64,000 nucleotides of DNA from Bacteriovoracaceae bacterium (GCA_028287765.1 JAQBPA010000117.1:40483-104482); one strand, 5' to 3'; counted from the stretch's first letter, positions 9,528 through 18,648 are shown. Numbers and translations: made by a program. Notes: generated from the sequence alone by a model not told the origin.

Positions 9528-12113
9528 ATGAGTTTTAAAATAAACTCCTATATCTCTTCCCTTCACGTTGCCTCCGCGCTGCAAAAAACGCAGAAGGCAA
9601 TCGCTCGCTCTCTTGAGAGGCTCTCGACCGCACAGGCCGTCAACTCGCCTCGAGATGATGCTCATGCCTATAGTCTCGGTGTCGGACTTACTTCGCAAAT
9701 TCGTGGTCTTGCGCAAGTGAATACGGGTGTGAACACGGCTCTTGGAATGGTCGACACTGCTAGTTCTGCTGTTTCCAATCAGATCGATATCGTTCAGCGA
9801 ATGAAAGAGATCGCCCTTCAGTCTTCAAACGGAACTTTAGCAAATACTGATCGTGCGAATCTAAACCTAGAATTCCAAAGTCTTCTTTCGGAATATAACC
9901 GAATTACAGACACCACAAATTTTAATGGAACTAAGCTTCTCGACGGTAGTTTCTCAACTCTTAGTATCCAAACCGGTACTCGAAACGGTGATAGCTATGG
10001 AATTAACATGGGTTCAACTCAAGCGAGCCAGGTTCTTGCCCTCAATACGAAATATACGCCGGTTTCAGCCGATACCAATACACTCACTCTTTCTGCAGGA
10101 AGCGCCATTAACATTGCGCAGACAGGTGCGTTCAGTATCGGCGTAACCGACGGAGCTACAATCAATAGTAATTTTGGATCGGGCGCTTATTTTACTTTGA
10201 GCAGTGCAGACGGAAATAATTATACCGTTTGGTACAATATCGACGGACTCGGTAACGACCCGGGAAATGATTTTGAAACAGAAGTGGATATTAGCTCCTC
10301 CGACGATGCAAATACGGTCGCTTCCAAAACGGCAGACGCTCTCGTGGCCAGTGGATTTACTGCTAGCAGTACAGATTCTAATGTTAGTCTTACGGATCTT
10401 CAGGCAGGAGCAGATTCAATTTCGGATAATGGAACCGCATTTAGTTTTACGACGACCGCCGAAGGACAGGCTGCAGGCAAACTTACGATTTCTGACTCGA
10501 ATGGAAGTTTAAATGATCTGATTTGGTTCAATGTGGATGGAAGAGGCGGCAATCCCGGTATTGGCACAATTGAAGTCGACGTTAATTCAACCGACTCAGC
10601 AACCGCCGTAGCTCAAAAATTAAACCTGACGCTTCTTGCAAATGGATTCAATGTCGCCACGTCCGGCAATCAAGAAACGATCACCTCACCCACGGGTCAT
10701 ATCTATACTGTACAAAATTCGGGAATGGGCACCGGATTTAATATTGCTTACTCCGGTGTGTATCAAGCGAGAACAACCGTTGCCGTCGGAAATTTTCCCT
10801 GGATCAATATTACGACTGCCGATTTAAACGGGGACGGCAAAACGGATCTCGTCACGACAGACCTATCCGATAATACGTTGAGTGTTCTTCTCGGTAATGG
10901 AGATGGAACATTTAAGACGAGAACAACTTTCCGAACAGGAGTTGGCCCGAGCTTCTCGACAGCTATTGATGTGAATGGAGATGGAAAATTAGATATTCTC
11001 ACTCTTGATAGCACTGACGGTACCATCAGTGTCTTTCTTGGAAATGGTAATGGAACCTTTAGTGCCCGAACCACGCTGCGAACAGGAAGCGGACCGGCTT
11101 CGCTTGCCACAGGAGATATTAATGGAGACGGAAAAATCGATATCGTCTCTACCGATTATAATAATGGGACAGTGAGTGTCTTTCTTGGCAATGGAAATGG
11201 AATTTTTGCTGCGAGATCCACTCTTAATTTTGGCACCTCCGGAGCAACTTCAGTTATTTTGACCGATACCAACGGAGACGGAAAGCTCGACGTTGTCGCC
11301 ACCAATCAAGTTGAACATTCGATTAGTGTCGCACTAGGAAATGGAAACGGAACATTTCAGGCACGCACATCTTTTAGTGTCGGAGATATTCCTCCCATGG
11401 TGGCAGCCGGCGACGTGAATGGAGACGGAAAGATTGACCTGGTCGAAGCTGATTTTAATCATCAAACCGTTACTGTCCGACTCGGCAACGGAAATGGAAC
11501 TTTCAAAGCAGGAACCGCGCTCTCTACTGGAGGAAGTCCTCAAACCGTAACGCTGCTTGATATCAATGGAGATGGGAAACTAGATATTTTAAGTCCAAAT
11601 ATTTTGAGCGGTAATATCGATGTATTCTTAGGAAACGGAAATGGAACATTTTCGGGCCCTGCGGTTTTAGCTTCCGGCAGTATTCCCTTTTATGTGACCG
11701 CAGCCGACGTGAATGGTGATGGTATTCCCGATATTATTGGCGGTGATCGTGCAGACGGAACGCTCAGTATTCGCTTAGCCAATTCCATTGCTCCCACTTC
11801 GTTTTCAGTAACCACGCAAGCAAATGCAGAAGCTCTCCTTCAGGTCTTCGATAATGCCATTGCAAATCTTAGCGGCACTCGAGCCAAGCTCGAAGGTCTT
11901 CACAGTCGACTCGATGAAACGGCTGCAAGCAATTTACTTCTGAGCGAAAATTTGCAGGACGCTAAATCGAAAGCAATCGACAGCGACTTCGCTCTTGAAA
12001 CCGCCAACCTCGTCCGAAATCAAATTCTTGAACAGGCGCAAGTTGCGGTTCTCGCACAAGCCAATCTCAGCCAACAACTCGTCCTTAAATTACTCGACTT
12101 TATTAAAATCTAG
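9528..12113 (+). CDS. Giant flagellin (861 aa). The variable region carries two tandem ~75-aa repeats and a seven-blade FG-GAP (Ca-binding beta-propeller) insertion.
   Basis: The ORF-track start at 9444 is probably too early. MSFKINSYISSLHV at 9528 is preceded by GGGAG. The N-terminal 'LGVGLTSQIRGLAQVNTGVNTALGMVDTASSAVSNQIDIVQRMKEIALQSSNGTLANTDRANLNLEFQSLLSEYNRITDTTNFNGTKLLDGSF' is a flagellin N-domain. The C-terminal 'LSGTRAKLEGLHSRLDETAASNLLLSENLQDAKSKAIDSDFALETANLVRNQILEQAQVAVLAQANLSQQLVLKLL' is a flagellin C-domain. The middle holds seven repeats of the form D[LVIT]NGDGK.D[LIV]V...[SV][LF]LGNGNGTF. Confidence 0.8.
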   Translation: MSFKINSYISSLHVASALQKTQKAIARSLERLSTAQAVNSPRDDAHAYSLGVGLTSQIRGLAQVNTGVNTALGMVDTASSAVSNQIDIVQRMKEIALQSSNGTLANTDRANLNLEFQSLLSEYNRITDTTNFNGTKLLDGSFSTLSIQTGTRNGDSYGINMGSTQASQVLALNTKYTPVSADTNTLTLSAGSAINIAQTGAFSIGVTDGATINSNFGSGAYFTLSSADGNNYTVWYNIDGLGNDPGNDFETEVDISSSDDANTVASKTADALVASGFTASSTDSNVSLTDLQAGADSISDNGTAFSFTTTAEGQAAGKLTISDSNGSLNDLIWFNVDGRGGNPGIGTIEVDVNSTDSATAVAQKLNLTLLANGFNVATSGNQETITSPTGHIYTVQNSGMGTGFNIAYSGVYQARTTVAVGNFPWINITTADLNGDGKTDLVTTDLSDNTLSVLLGNGDGTFKTRTTFRTGVGPSFSTAIDVNGDGKLDILTLDSTDGTISVFLGNGNGTFSARTTLRTGSGPASLATGDINGDGKIDIVSTDYNNGTVSVFLGNGNGIFAARSTLNFGTSGATSVILTDTNGDGKLDVVATNQVEHSISVALGNGNGTFQARTSFSVGDIPPMVAAGDVNGDGKIDLVEADFNHQTVTVRLGNGNGTFKAGTALSTGGSPQTVTLLDINGDGKLDILSPNILSGNIDVFLGNGNGTFSGPAVLASGSIPFYVTAADVNGDGIPDIIGGDRADGTLSIRLANSIAPTSFSVTTQANAEALLQVFDNAIANLSGTRAKLEGLHSRLDETAASNLLLSENLQDAKSKAIDSDFALETANLVRNQILEQAQVAVLAQANLSQQLVLKLLDFIKI

Positions 12114-13327
12114 CCGGTTTTTCTGAAGGCACGAGTCACGCGCGAGACAATTTGAGCGTCCTCATCATAAATTCTTACTTCGATGCGCTCGATTTGTGTT
12201 TTTCTGAGGTCATCAGGAATTTCTTGGAGATAAGTGATACTGCGAGTCTTATCGATGGGTAGGGTTGAATCGGTCATTATAAAATGGCCGTTAAAAATAT
12301 TTCGGCCGCCAAAAAAGGTGATTCGATATCGAACGACAAAATATTTGCAAGTTCGACTCATTAAATACTGAAGAGCAATTTTAATTTGGCCTTCGGCATT
12401 CAGCGCTGATCCAAGTTCATAGCCAACAAGATTAAAATAATTGGGCTTAGTCTCTTGATCTTCTTTCGAATAATTATTCCAAATGGGAACAGCATTCGGA
12501 ATGAGATAGCCAAGCTCTCCTTCAAGGTCGGCTATTCTCAGCCTTCGGGCTCTCACCTCCGGTGAGTCGCCCTTAAGAAAAGCGGCTTGGCCTACTTTAA
12601 TGGCTGCTTGTGCAATCGCTTCATCCGCTTGTTTAAATTTTTTATCTTTAAATAATGGTTCAACTTTTTTTAAAGTCTCATCGGCGTCATCAAGAAAAGT
12701 ATAAAACCGTGCTTCTTTTAATTTAGGCTGTAACTTGGCTGTCTGCTCTTTAACGTCATCAAAATGTAAGATTTCGACAGAATGAAGTTCGAGTTGTGTT
12801 TTATCGAATTCATTTTTTGCTTCACGATAACGCTTCTCCGCGAGTAAATGCTCCCCCTGTGCAAAAAAGAATTTGGCGTTATCGACTCTTCGCTTCGATT
12901 CAATTTTACTGAGGGCGAGATTGGCCGTAGAAATTTGGCCTTCAAAACTTCGAATGGTGTAAAAGACACTTTCACTCTCTTTTAAAAGTTGGTTTTGTAA
13001 CAGACCATTTCCAACGCGATTGAGCACTTCAAGATACTCATCGACTTTCACACGATCGGATCGCTTGGGTTCCGGAAGATACTCAAGATTTTTATAAGCG
13101 GCTAAATAATGTTCCAATTTTAAATTTTGATAAATTCGCGTCATCGCCGACCGGAATCGATCTTCATAATCTCGCTCAGCTTCAAGTCGCGCTTCAGCTT
13201 CCGCATCTCGCTCAACTTGTTCAAAGTGCGCTTTTAAAAAAAAAGTCGTGACTACTCCAAAAAGAATAAACGAACTTCCGCCAATCACGGCCAAGCGAAA
13301 CCATTTCTTCTCAAAAATCTGACTCAT
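12110..13327 (-). CDS. Hypothetical membrane-anchored protein with an N-terminal TM segment and a coiled-coil region. No recognisable domain.
   Basis: The 405-aa ORF has the N-terminal segment 'WFRLAVIGGSSFILFGVVTTFFL'. Its stop overlaps the flagellin stop convergently. Confidence 0.4.
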   Translation of the reverse strand: MSQIFEKKWFRLAVIGGSSFILFGVVTTFFLKAHFEQVERDAEAEARLEAERDYEDRFRSAMTRIYQNLKLEHYLAAYKNLEYLPEPKRSDRVKVDEYLEVLNRVGNGLLQNQLLKESESVFYTIRSFEGQISTANLALSKIESKRRVDNAKFFFAQGEHLLAEKRYREAKNEFDKTQLELHSVEILHFDDVKEQTAKLQPKLKEARFYTFLDDADETLKKVEPLFKDKKFKQADEAIAQAAIKVGQAAFLKGDSPEVRARRLRIADLEGELGYLIPNAVPIWNNYSKEDQETKPNYFNLVGYELGSALNAEGQIKIALQYLMSRTCKYFVVRYRITFFGGRNIFNGHFIMTDSTLPIDKTRSITYLQEIPDDLRKTQIERIEVRIYDEDAQIVSRVTRAFRKTG

Positions 13328-13449
13328 AGCAACTCTTCTATTATAACGGTAATAGAAATGACGCCGTGCAGGGATGGGCTAAGTTTTCTATAAAAAATTA
13401 CCTAAAAATTTCGGAATGGACGCGCGGCGTCGAACTCATACGAGTTTCA

Positions 13450-14568
13450 TTAAAACCATTTCCTTTGTTTTAGAGCTTCCGAGAAGGGGGCTTTGAATGT
13501 ATTTATTTTACGAATAATTTCGGGGTCGCGCTTCAGAATTTCTTTTGCTGCCTTATCGATCTCAGTTTGGAAAATTTGTTTTGGCATTTCCATCCAATGA
13601 ATAGCTTCCTCGAATTCTGACAGAGGATCCGCAAAATGAACTCGTAGTTCAAAATGATTAATGTCTTCTCGATCGTAAAGATCATCTTTATAGATATGCA
13701 AGATTTGCCAACTTAACCAAAGATAAAGGTCGTTAACGGGGACTTCTGGATGAGAATGAATAATTTTTAAAAGCCAATAATGAAAAAGAGTTCGTAGACG
13801 ATATTCAAATTCCGGACGATTTAGATCTGGAAACCCATGGAACCCCATATGGAGATGATAGCCGACATCAAACTCACTTTTCACATATAACCGATTCTCA
13901 TTGAGCAGATTTTGACCCAACATTTGAGAAAACGCGCCGAATAATAAAAGAGGGCGCGTCACTCCTCGTACTTCTTTTCGCACACGAAATTCCATCCGGA
14001 ATCTATCAATTCCGGCAACCAAGTCCTGAAAGAAATAAGGAAGACTATTTTTTTTTGGAAGAGAGATTACCTGACGGTCGCCACCCCTCATTTCGTGTCC
14101 TTGAACAAATAAATGACTACGCACCGTAATAGGCAATTGCTCAACATCCACTGACAAAGCTCGTCGCAGGGGGACTAATTTATTCCATACCTCCCGACTC
14201 ATAGGCTTCACCAATAGAGGAAACCATGCATCGTAGTTGTCAGCATTAGAAAATTCATTTTCGTATTCCGGCCACAGTTCAAAAAGATTGAGCCAAACTT
14301 CATCTTTTTCGTTTTGAGGCAGCCCTTTCCAATAATTAGAAAAATCGAAACTCTCGAAGATGGGGTCAAGCGCAAACGGCACAGCTTCAGCATCGAAACT
14401 CAACCACACTTTATTTTCGTATTTCTCAGAAAGCCTTTTAATTCGAGAGATAATAGAATCGGAAAGCTTAAGAATAAATTTAGAACAGTCCACTTCAGAC
14501 TCAGCAGAAGCCGAAACTGCCCACAATATAATGACCAAAATAAAACTAAAGCTCTTAGCCCCGCGCAT
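13450..14568 (-). CDS. Hypothetical secreted protein
   Basis: The signal peptide is 'MRGAKSFSFILVIILWAVSASAESE'. The ORF is 372 aa with no recognisable motif. Confidence 0.4.
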   Translation of the reverse strand: MRGAKSFSFILVIILWAVSASAESEVDCSKFILKLSDSIISRIKRLSEKYENKVWLSFDAEAVPFALDPIFESFDFSNYWKGLPQNEKDEVWLNLFELWPEYENEFSNADNYDAWFPLLVKPMSREVWNKLVPLRRALSVDVEQLPITVRSHLFVQGHEMRGGDRQVISLPKKNSLPYFFQDLVAGIDRFRMEFRVRKEVRGVTRPLLLFGAFSQMLGQNLLNENRLYVKSEFDVGYHLHMGFHGFPDLNRPEFEYRLRTLFHYWLLKIIHSHPEVPVNDLYLWLSWQILHIYKDDLYDREDINHFELRVHFADPLSEFEEAIHWMEMPKQIFQTEIDKAAKEILKRDPEIIRKINTFKAPFSEALKQRKWF

Positions 14569-14623
14569 AGCAAAGCGGATGTAGCAAAGATTGTTCTTAA
14601 TTGAAAGTAGTTCATCTCCGGAA

Positions 14624-14653
14624 AGGGGTCAGACCCCTCATCTTTTTTCTTTT
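14624..14653 (+). terminator. Intrinsic-terminator-like hairpin on the + strand with no annotated + gene upstream
   Basis: AGGGG-TCAGA-CCCCT is followed by CATCTTTTTTCTTTTC. Confidence 0.35.
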
Positions 14654-14700
14654 CGGTTTTGTATTTGCATTTTTGGATTTTTGTATTCCTGTATTGGTAT

Positions 14701-14917
14701 TCGGCCGGACGGTAATCGAACTGAGGACGAGCGTGGAGCGGGTCGTGGGTGAAAAACTCTTGAGCCGCGCGAGAAAGTCAAACGAGAGATGAACTTCCCG
14801 CGGCGAAAAAGCAACACTCATACTAAGTTCTGTAATTAAAGATTTACCACTGAGCGCGTTTTCTCACCCACGACCCGCTCCACGCTCGCCCGAAAATTCG
14901 ACTACCGTCCGGCCGAC
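14701..14917. repeat. GC-rich element bounded by ~57-bp imperfect inverted repeats. It may be a MITE-like element or a long structured RNA/regulatory palindrome.
   Basis: Region 14701-14757, TCGGCCGGACGGTAATCGAACTGAGGACGAGCGTGGAGCGGGTCGTGGGTGAAAAAC, is nearly the reverse complement of 14860-14917. The 29-bp core CGAGCGTGGAGCGGGTCGTGGGTGA and the 14-bp tip TCGGCCGGACGGTA are perfect. The element sits in the divergent intergenic region upstream of the Topo VI operon, and its local GC is far above surrounding DNA. Confidence 0.6.
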
Positions 14918-15011
14918 CCTGGTCCCCAAGATTTTTAGTTAAGTTTTTTTAAAAAACTTATCCTGCCCGGAAGGGCTTGCAGAAGACGACTCTTCTTGTT
15001 TAACTGCTTTT

Positions 15012-16772
15012 ATGGGCAAACGAAAAGTCGTTCAAAAAGAAGTACTTACAGAGGAAAAGACCAGCGTGAAAGAAAAAGGAAAGGCTCTTAAGGTAGCTCC
15101 TGAGCCACGAATGAAAGCACATAAAAAGAAAGGCCCGGCGGAAAACGCAGAGTCTCTTGCAAAGAAGCAGAGAGAGATTTCTGTCTCCGAATTTTTTGCA
15201 AAGAATCGCCATCTTCTTGGTTTCGATAATCCTAAGAAGGCATTGCTTACTGCAGTTAAAGAAGCGATCGATAATAGTTTGGATGCTTGCGAAGAGTCGG
15301 AGATTCTTCCAGAAATTACTGTTAAACTCGTTCGGCTTTCGGCCAAAGTTGTTGAGCCGACACCCGAAGAAGAGGCTGCACTTGCAAAAGGTGGAAAGCC
15401 GAAGAAGAAAAATCCTACGCCTACCGAAAAATATTGTCTGACTGTGATCGATAATGGTCCTGGGATTGTTCCGGCTCAAATTCCTAAGATTTTTGCAAAA
15501 CTTCTTTATGGATCTAAATTTCACCGTCTTAAGATGTCTCGAGGTCAGCAAGGAATTGGAATTGCGGCGGCGGGAATGTACGGACAAATGACCACCGGAA
15601 AGCCGATGCGTGTTTATTCTAAACTTCCCAAAAATCCAAAGGCGACTTTTGTTGAGCTGCAAATCGATACAAAAACCAATAAGCCGGATGTTCTTCAAGA
15701 AAAAGAAGTGGCGTGGACCGAGAAAACAAGTTCCGGAACGATTGTCGAAATTACGCTCGAAGGACGATATCAACGCGGACGCCAATCCATTGATGAATTT
15801 GTTTTGCTGAATACACTCAGTAATCCGCATGCATCTTTTAAATTCGTCGATCCCGATGGCGAGATTTTTGATTATCCTCGAAAAATTGAGGAGCTTCCAC
15901 CACTCCCCTCCGAAATTAAGCCGCATCCATACGGCGTAGAGCTCGGGCGCTTTCATCAAATGGTCGCGGATACTTCTCAAAAGACCATGAGACAATTCTT
16001 AACGAAAGAATTTTCTCGGGTTTCAGATAAGGTGGTCGATGAAATTTTTAAAGAGGCCGGGGTAAAAGATTTTTCTCTCGCTTCAGCACAGTCCGATAAA
16101 GTGACGAGCGTTCATGAAGCTATTAAAAAAGTGCCGATCATGAATCCTCCGACCGATTGTATCGTTCCGATTGGTGAAGAACTTCTCACCGAGACACTTC
16201 GAAACCAAACGAAGGCCGAATTTTATACAGCGATCACTCGTCCACCTTCGGTTTATCGTGGAAATCCTTTCGTCGTTGAATGCGCACTCGCTTTTGGTGG
16301 AGAACTTCGAGGCGATGAAGCTATGACCGTCTTTCGTTTTGCCAATCGTGTGCCGCTTCAATTTCAACCGGCGGCTTGTGCGACTCTGCGAGTGATCACC
16401 AAAGCCGATTGGAAAAATTACGGGCTCAATCAGCAAAAAAATTCTCTTCCTGTAGGCCCTGTGGCGGTTGTGATTCATGTCGCTTCGGTTTGGGTTCCGT
16501 TTACGTCTGAAAGCAAAGAAGCGATCGCTGATTACCCAGAAATTAAACAAGAAATTAGATTAGCTGTGCTCGAATGTGCGCGCCGATTAAGTGTTCATGT
16601 TTCGCGTGGGAGAAGAGCGGATGAGGCTGAACGAAAAGCTAATTATATAGATACGTATATTCCCTTTATCGGAGAAGCTCTTCAAGCGATGCTTACTCTG
16701 TCTGACAAAGAACGAGATAAAGTCGTTGCAACTCTCCGAGATACTTTAGAGAAAGGAAAACTCGATGGCTAA
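15012..16772 (+). CDS. top6B: Type IIB DNA topoisomerase VI subunit B (GHKL ATPase)
   Basis: Bergerat-fold motifs are present: the N-box 'LLTAVKEAIDNSLDACEE', G1 'VIDNGPGI' and G2 'GQQGIGIAAAGMYG', plus a transducer-like C-terminus. The ORF is 586 aa. Confidence 0.85.
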   Translation: MGKRKVVQKEVLTEEKTSVKEKGKALKVAPEPRMKAHKKKGPAENAESLAKKQREISVSEFFAKNRHLLGFDNPKKALLTAVKEAIDNSLDACEESEILPEITVKLVRLSAKVVEPTPEEEAALAKGGKPKKKNPTPTEKYCLTVIDNGPGIVPAQIPKIFAKLLYGSKFHRLKMSRGQQGIGIAAAGMYGQMTTGKPMRVYSKLPKNPKATFVELQIDTKTNKPDVLQEKEVAWTEKTSSGTIVEITLEGRYQRGRQSIDEFVLLNTLSNPHASFKFVDPDGEIFDYPRKIEELPPLPSEIKPHPYGVELGRFHQMVADTSQKTMRQFLTKEFSRVSDKVVDEIFKEAGVKDFSLASAQSDKVTSVHEAIKKVPIMNPPTDCIVPIGEELLTETLRNQTKAEFYTAITRPPSVYRGNPFVVECALAFGGELRGDEAMTVFRFANRVPLQFQPAACATLRVITKADWKNYGLNQQKNSLPVGPVAVVIHVASVWVPFTSESKEAIADYPEIKQEIRLAVLECARRLSVHVSRGRRADEAERKANYIDTYIPFIGEALQAMLTLSDKERDKVVATLRDTLEKGKLDG

Positions 16773-17865
16773 AAAAGATATGGCCGACAATAAAGCCGCA
16801 GTCGGTATTCATAAGACGGCAAAAGAAATTTATGACAAGGCTTTGAAAGGCCAAAAGCCGCAACTTAAAATGCCCATTCGCTCGCTCGGAAACGTCACGT
16901 ATAAAAAAGAGGGTTATTTAAGTTTATCGAATCAATATAAAACTCGAACGCTCACTTATAATACGGTGAAGGGTTTTGCGCAGACTCTCAAAATGATGTC
17001 GGCTTCCAAAGAGCTGATCGATACAGACGATCATGCTTCAAAGCGGGAAATGTATTATATTTCCAAAAACTGGGGACCTGCGCGCTTCGATGAACAGCCC
17101 GAGAGTGACACGGTGATGGATGATATCGAAGCCATGATGTGTGTGAACCGAGAGCAGCTGCGATTTCTTCCGGAAGAAAAAGGTGGCGAAGTGGCGGGTC
17201 AGCTCATTGTGATGGACAGAGATCGCGATACAGCGAAGCCGATTAAGATTGATTGCACTGGTTTTGGATCAGGCGCTTATTCCATTCCGAGTTCGGTTGA
17301 GCATTTAGGATTTCAAACCAAAGCGAAATTTATTTTGTGTATCGAAACCGCCGGTATGTTCCAGCGGCTTGTGGCTCACAACTACTGGCGAAAAGCGAAC
17401 TGCATTTTGATTTCGATGGGAGGAGTTCCCACTCGCGCGACCCGAAGATTTGTTCGAAGACTCGCCGACAGTATTAAAATTCCCGTTTACACATTCGTCG
17501 ACGGCGATCCTTACGGTGTCGCAAATATTTATCGAACCTTGAAAGTCGGATCCGGAAATGCGGCGCATATTAACGAATTCTTTTGTGTACCGACGGCAAC
17601 TTTTATGGGCATCACTCCTCAAGATGTGAATGATTATAAACTGCCGACACACCCGCTAAAAGAAGTGGATATTAAGCGAGCTAAAGATGCGCTTAAGAAC
17701 GACCCTTTTTTTAAATTCCATAAACCCTGGGTGGCGGCAATTGAAGCGATGATCAAATCCGGAGTTCGTGCAGAACAGCAAGCTCTCGCAAAACACGGAC
17801 TCAATTATGTGATGGATGTTTATTTGCCGGAAAAGCTAAAAAAAGCAGATAAATTTTTGCCCTGA
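16765..17865 (+). CDS. top6A: Type IIB DNA topoisomerase VI subunit A (Spo11/Top6A, winged-helix plus Toprim)
   Basis: Toprim acidic motifs 'ILCIETAGMF' (E) and 'YTFVDGDPYG' (DxD) are present, along with the Spo11-like 'REMYYISKNW' region. The start overlaps the top6B stop (ATGGCTAA), and the ORF is 366 aa. Confidence 0.85.
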   Translation: MAKKDMADNKAAVGIHKTAKEIYDKALKGQKPQLKMPIRSLGNVTYKKEGYLSLSNQYKTRTLTYNTVKGFAQTLKMMSASKELIDTDDHASKREMYYISKNWGPARFDEQPESDTVMDDIEAMMCVNREQLRFLPEEKGGEVAGQLIVMDRDRDTAKPIKIDCTGFGSGAYSIPSSVEHLGFQTKAKFILCIETAGMFQRLVAHNYWRKANCILISMGGVPTRATRRFVRRLADSIKIPVYTFVDGDPYGVANIYRTLKVGSGNAAHINEFFCVPTATFMGITPQDVNDYKLPTHPLKEVDIKRAKDALKNDPFFKFHKPWVAAIEAMIKSGVRAEQQALAKHGLNYVMDVYLPEKLKKADKFLP

Positions 17866-17958
17866 AGTCAGCTCCGTTTTGAGCTTGCTCATTGTGCCCT
17901 TTCTTCGCGTTAAAGAGGCACCCCTTTCGGTGGCATAAATTTTGCATCATTTAAGAGC

Positions 17959-18648
17959 ATGCTCGCATTGGCCATTTCGATCGCCCTTATTTCACATGCT
18001 CCGCCTCGCTGCGATCCTCCGGGTCCCGCTCAAGAAATGTTGACTGCGATGCGAGCGGCCGAAGAACAAAATCGAAAATCTGGAATCTATCATGTTCGCG
18101 TGACGGGAATGGTTACGATTGGAAATGATATAGTCGCCCTTGAAATTGCGCCTCAAGAATTTCCAGGCCAAAAATGGCTCGGAGAAATAGAAAAAGGAAA
18201 GACAAACGGAATGGGCCTCATGCTCGAGAGCGTGTCGCCGGCAACGGGTTCCGCAAAGCTAAAAGGATTGGATGGTCGAACTGTTGAATTATTTGTCGGC
18301 AGAAAAGGAAGCGATATTCCGCTCAAGTTCGGAGCATCGGCAGATGGCTCTCGTCTTTCGTCAGTATTATTGGACAGACAGGCTTCGAGAGACCAAATGA
18401 TTAAAGATTTTGATCCCATAATCCCCCCGAGCGTCCCCGACTTTATTAGAAGCGGAAAACTTGTTAGGGACTTGCTCGAATCGCTCGAGAATGAGGCCAA
18501 AATTACGCCACTGTCGGATGAGGATTTTCGATCTCTGCTTCACTCCATGGGACAGATAAATTTTTTCGATCTAAACAACGAAGTGCTCAGTGAGGAGCAG
18601 ATAAAGAAGAATTTAGTGACTTACCTACATTCCCAGGGTCACAGATGA
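17959..18648 (+). CDS. Hypothetical protein, possibly exported
   Basis: The 229-aa ORF has a hydrophobic N-terminus 'MLALAISIALISHA' and no recognisable domain. Confidence 0.35.
   Translation: MLALAISIALISHAPPRCDPPGPAQEMLTAMRAAEEQNRKSGIYHVRVTGMVTIGNDIVALEIAPQEFPGQKWLGEIEKGKTNGMGLMLESVSPATGSAKLKGLDGRTVELFVGRKGSDIPLKFGASADGSRLSSVLLDRQASRDQMIKDFDPIIPPSVPDFIRSGKLVRDLLESLENEAKITPLSDEDFRSLLHSMGQINFFDLNNEVLSEEQIKKNLVTYLHSQGHR

Noticed and set aside
10763-11110. A minus-strand 115-aa ORF and several + strand alternative-frame ORFs inside the flagellin gene
   Set aside because: They are shadow ORFs of the repeat-rich flagellin coding frame. They have no start context and are Pro/Val-rich, as expected from the antisense of the GDG-rich repeats.
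14601-14821. ORFs 14601-14792 (+) and 14612-14821 (-) in the Topo VI upstream region
   Set aside because: They coincide with the GC-rich inverted-repeat element. Their open frames are a by-product of the palindromic sequence and they have no RBS.
15000-15995. A 331-aa minus-strand ORF, plus 15032-15346 and 16083-16550 ORFs, antisense to top6B
   Set aside because: They lie entirely inside the strongly supported Topo VI B gene. They are low-complexity and Arg/Cys/Phe-rich, as expected from antisense reading of AT-rich coding DNA.
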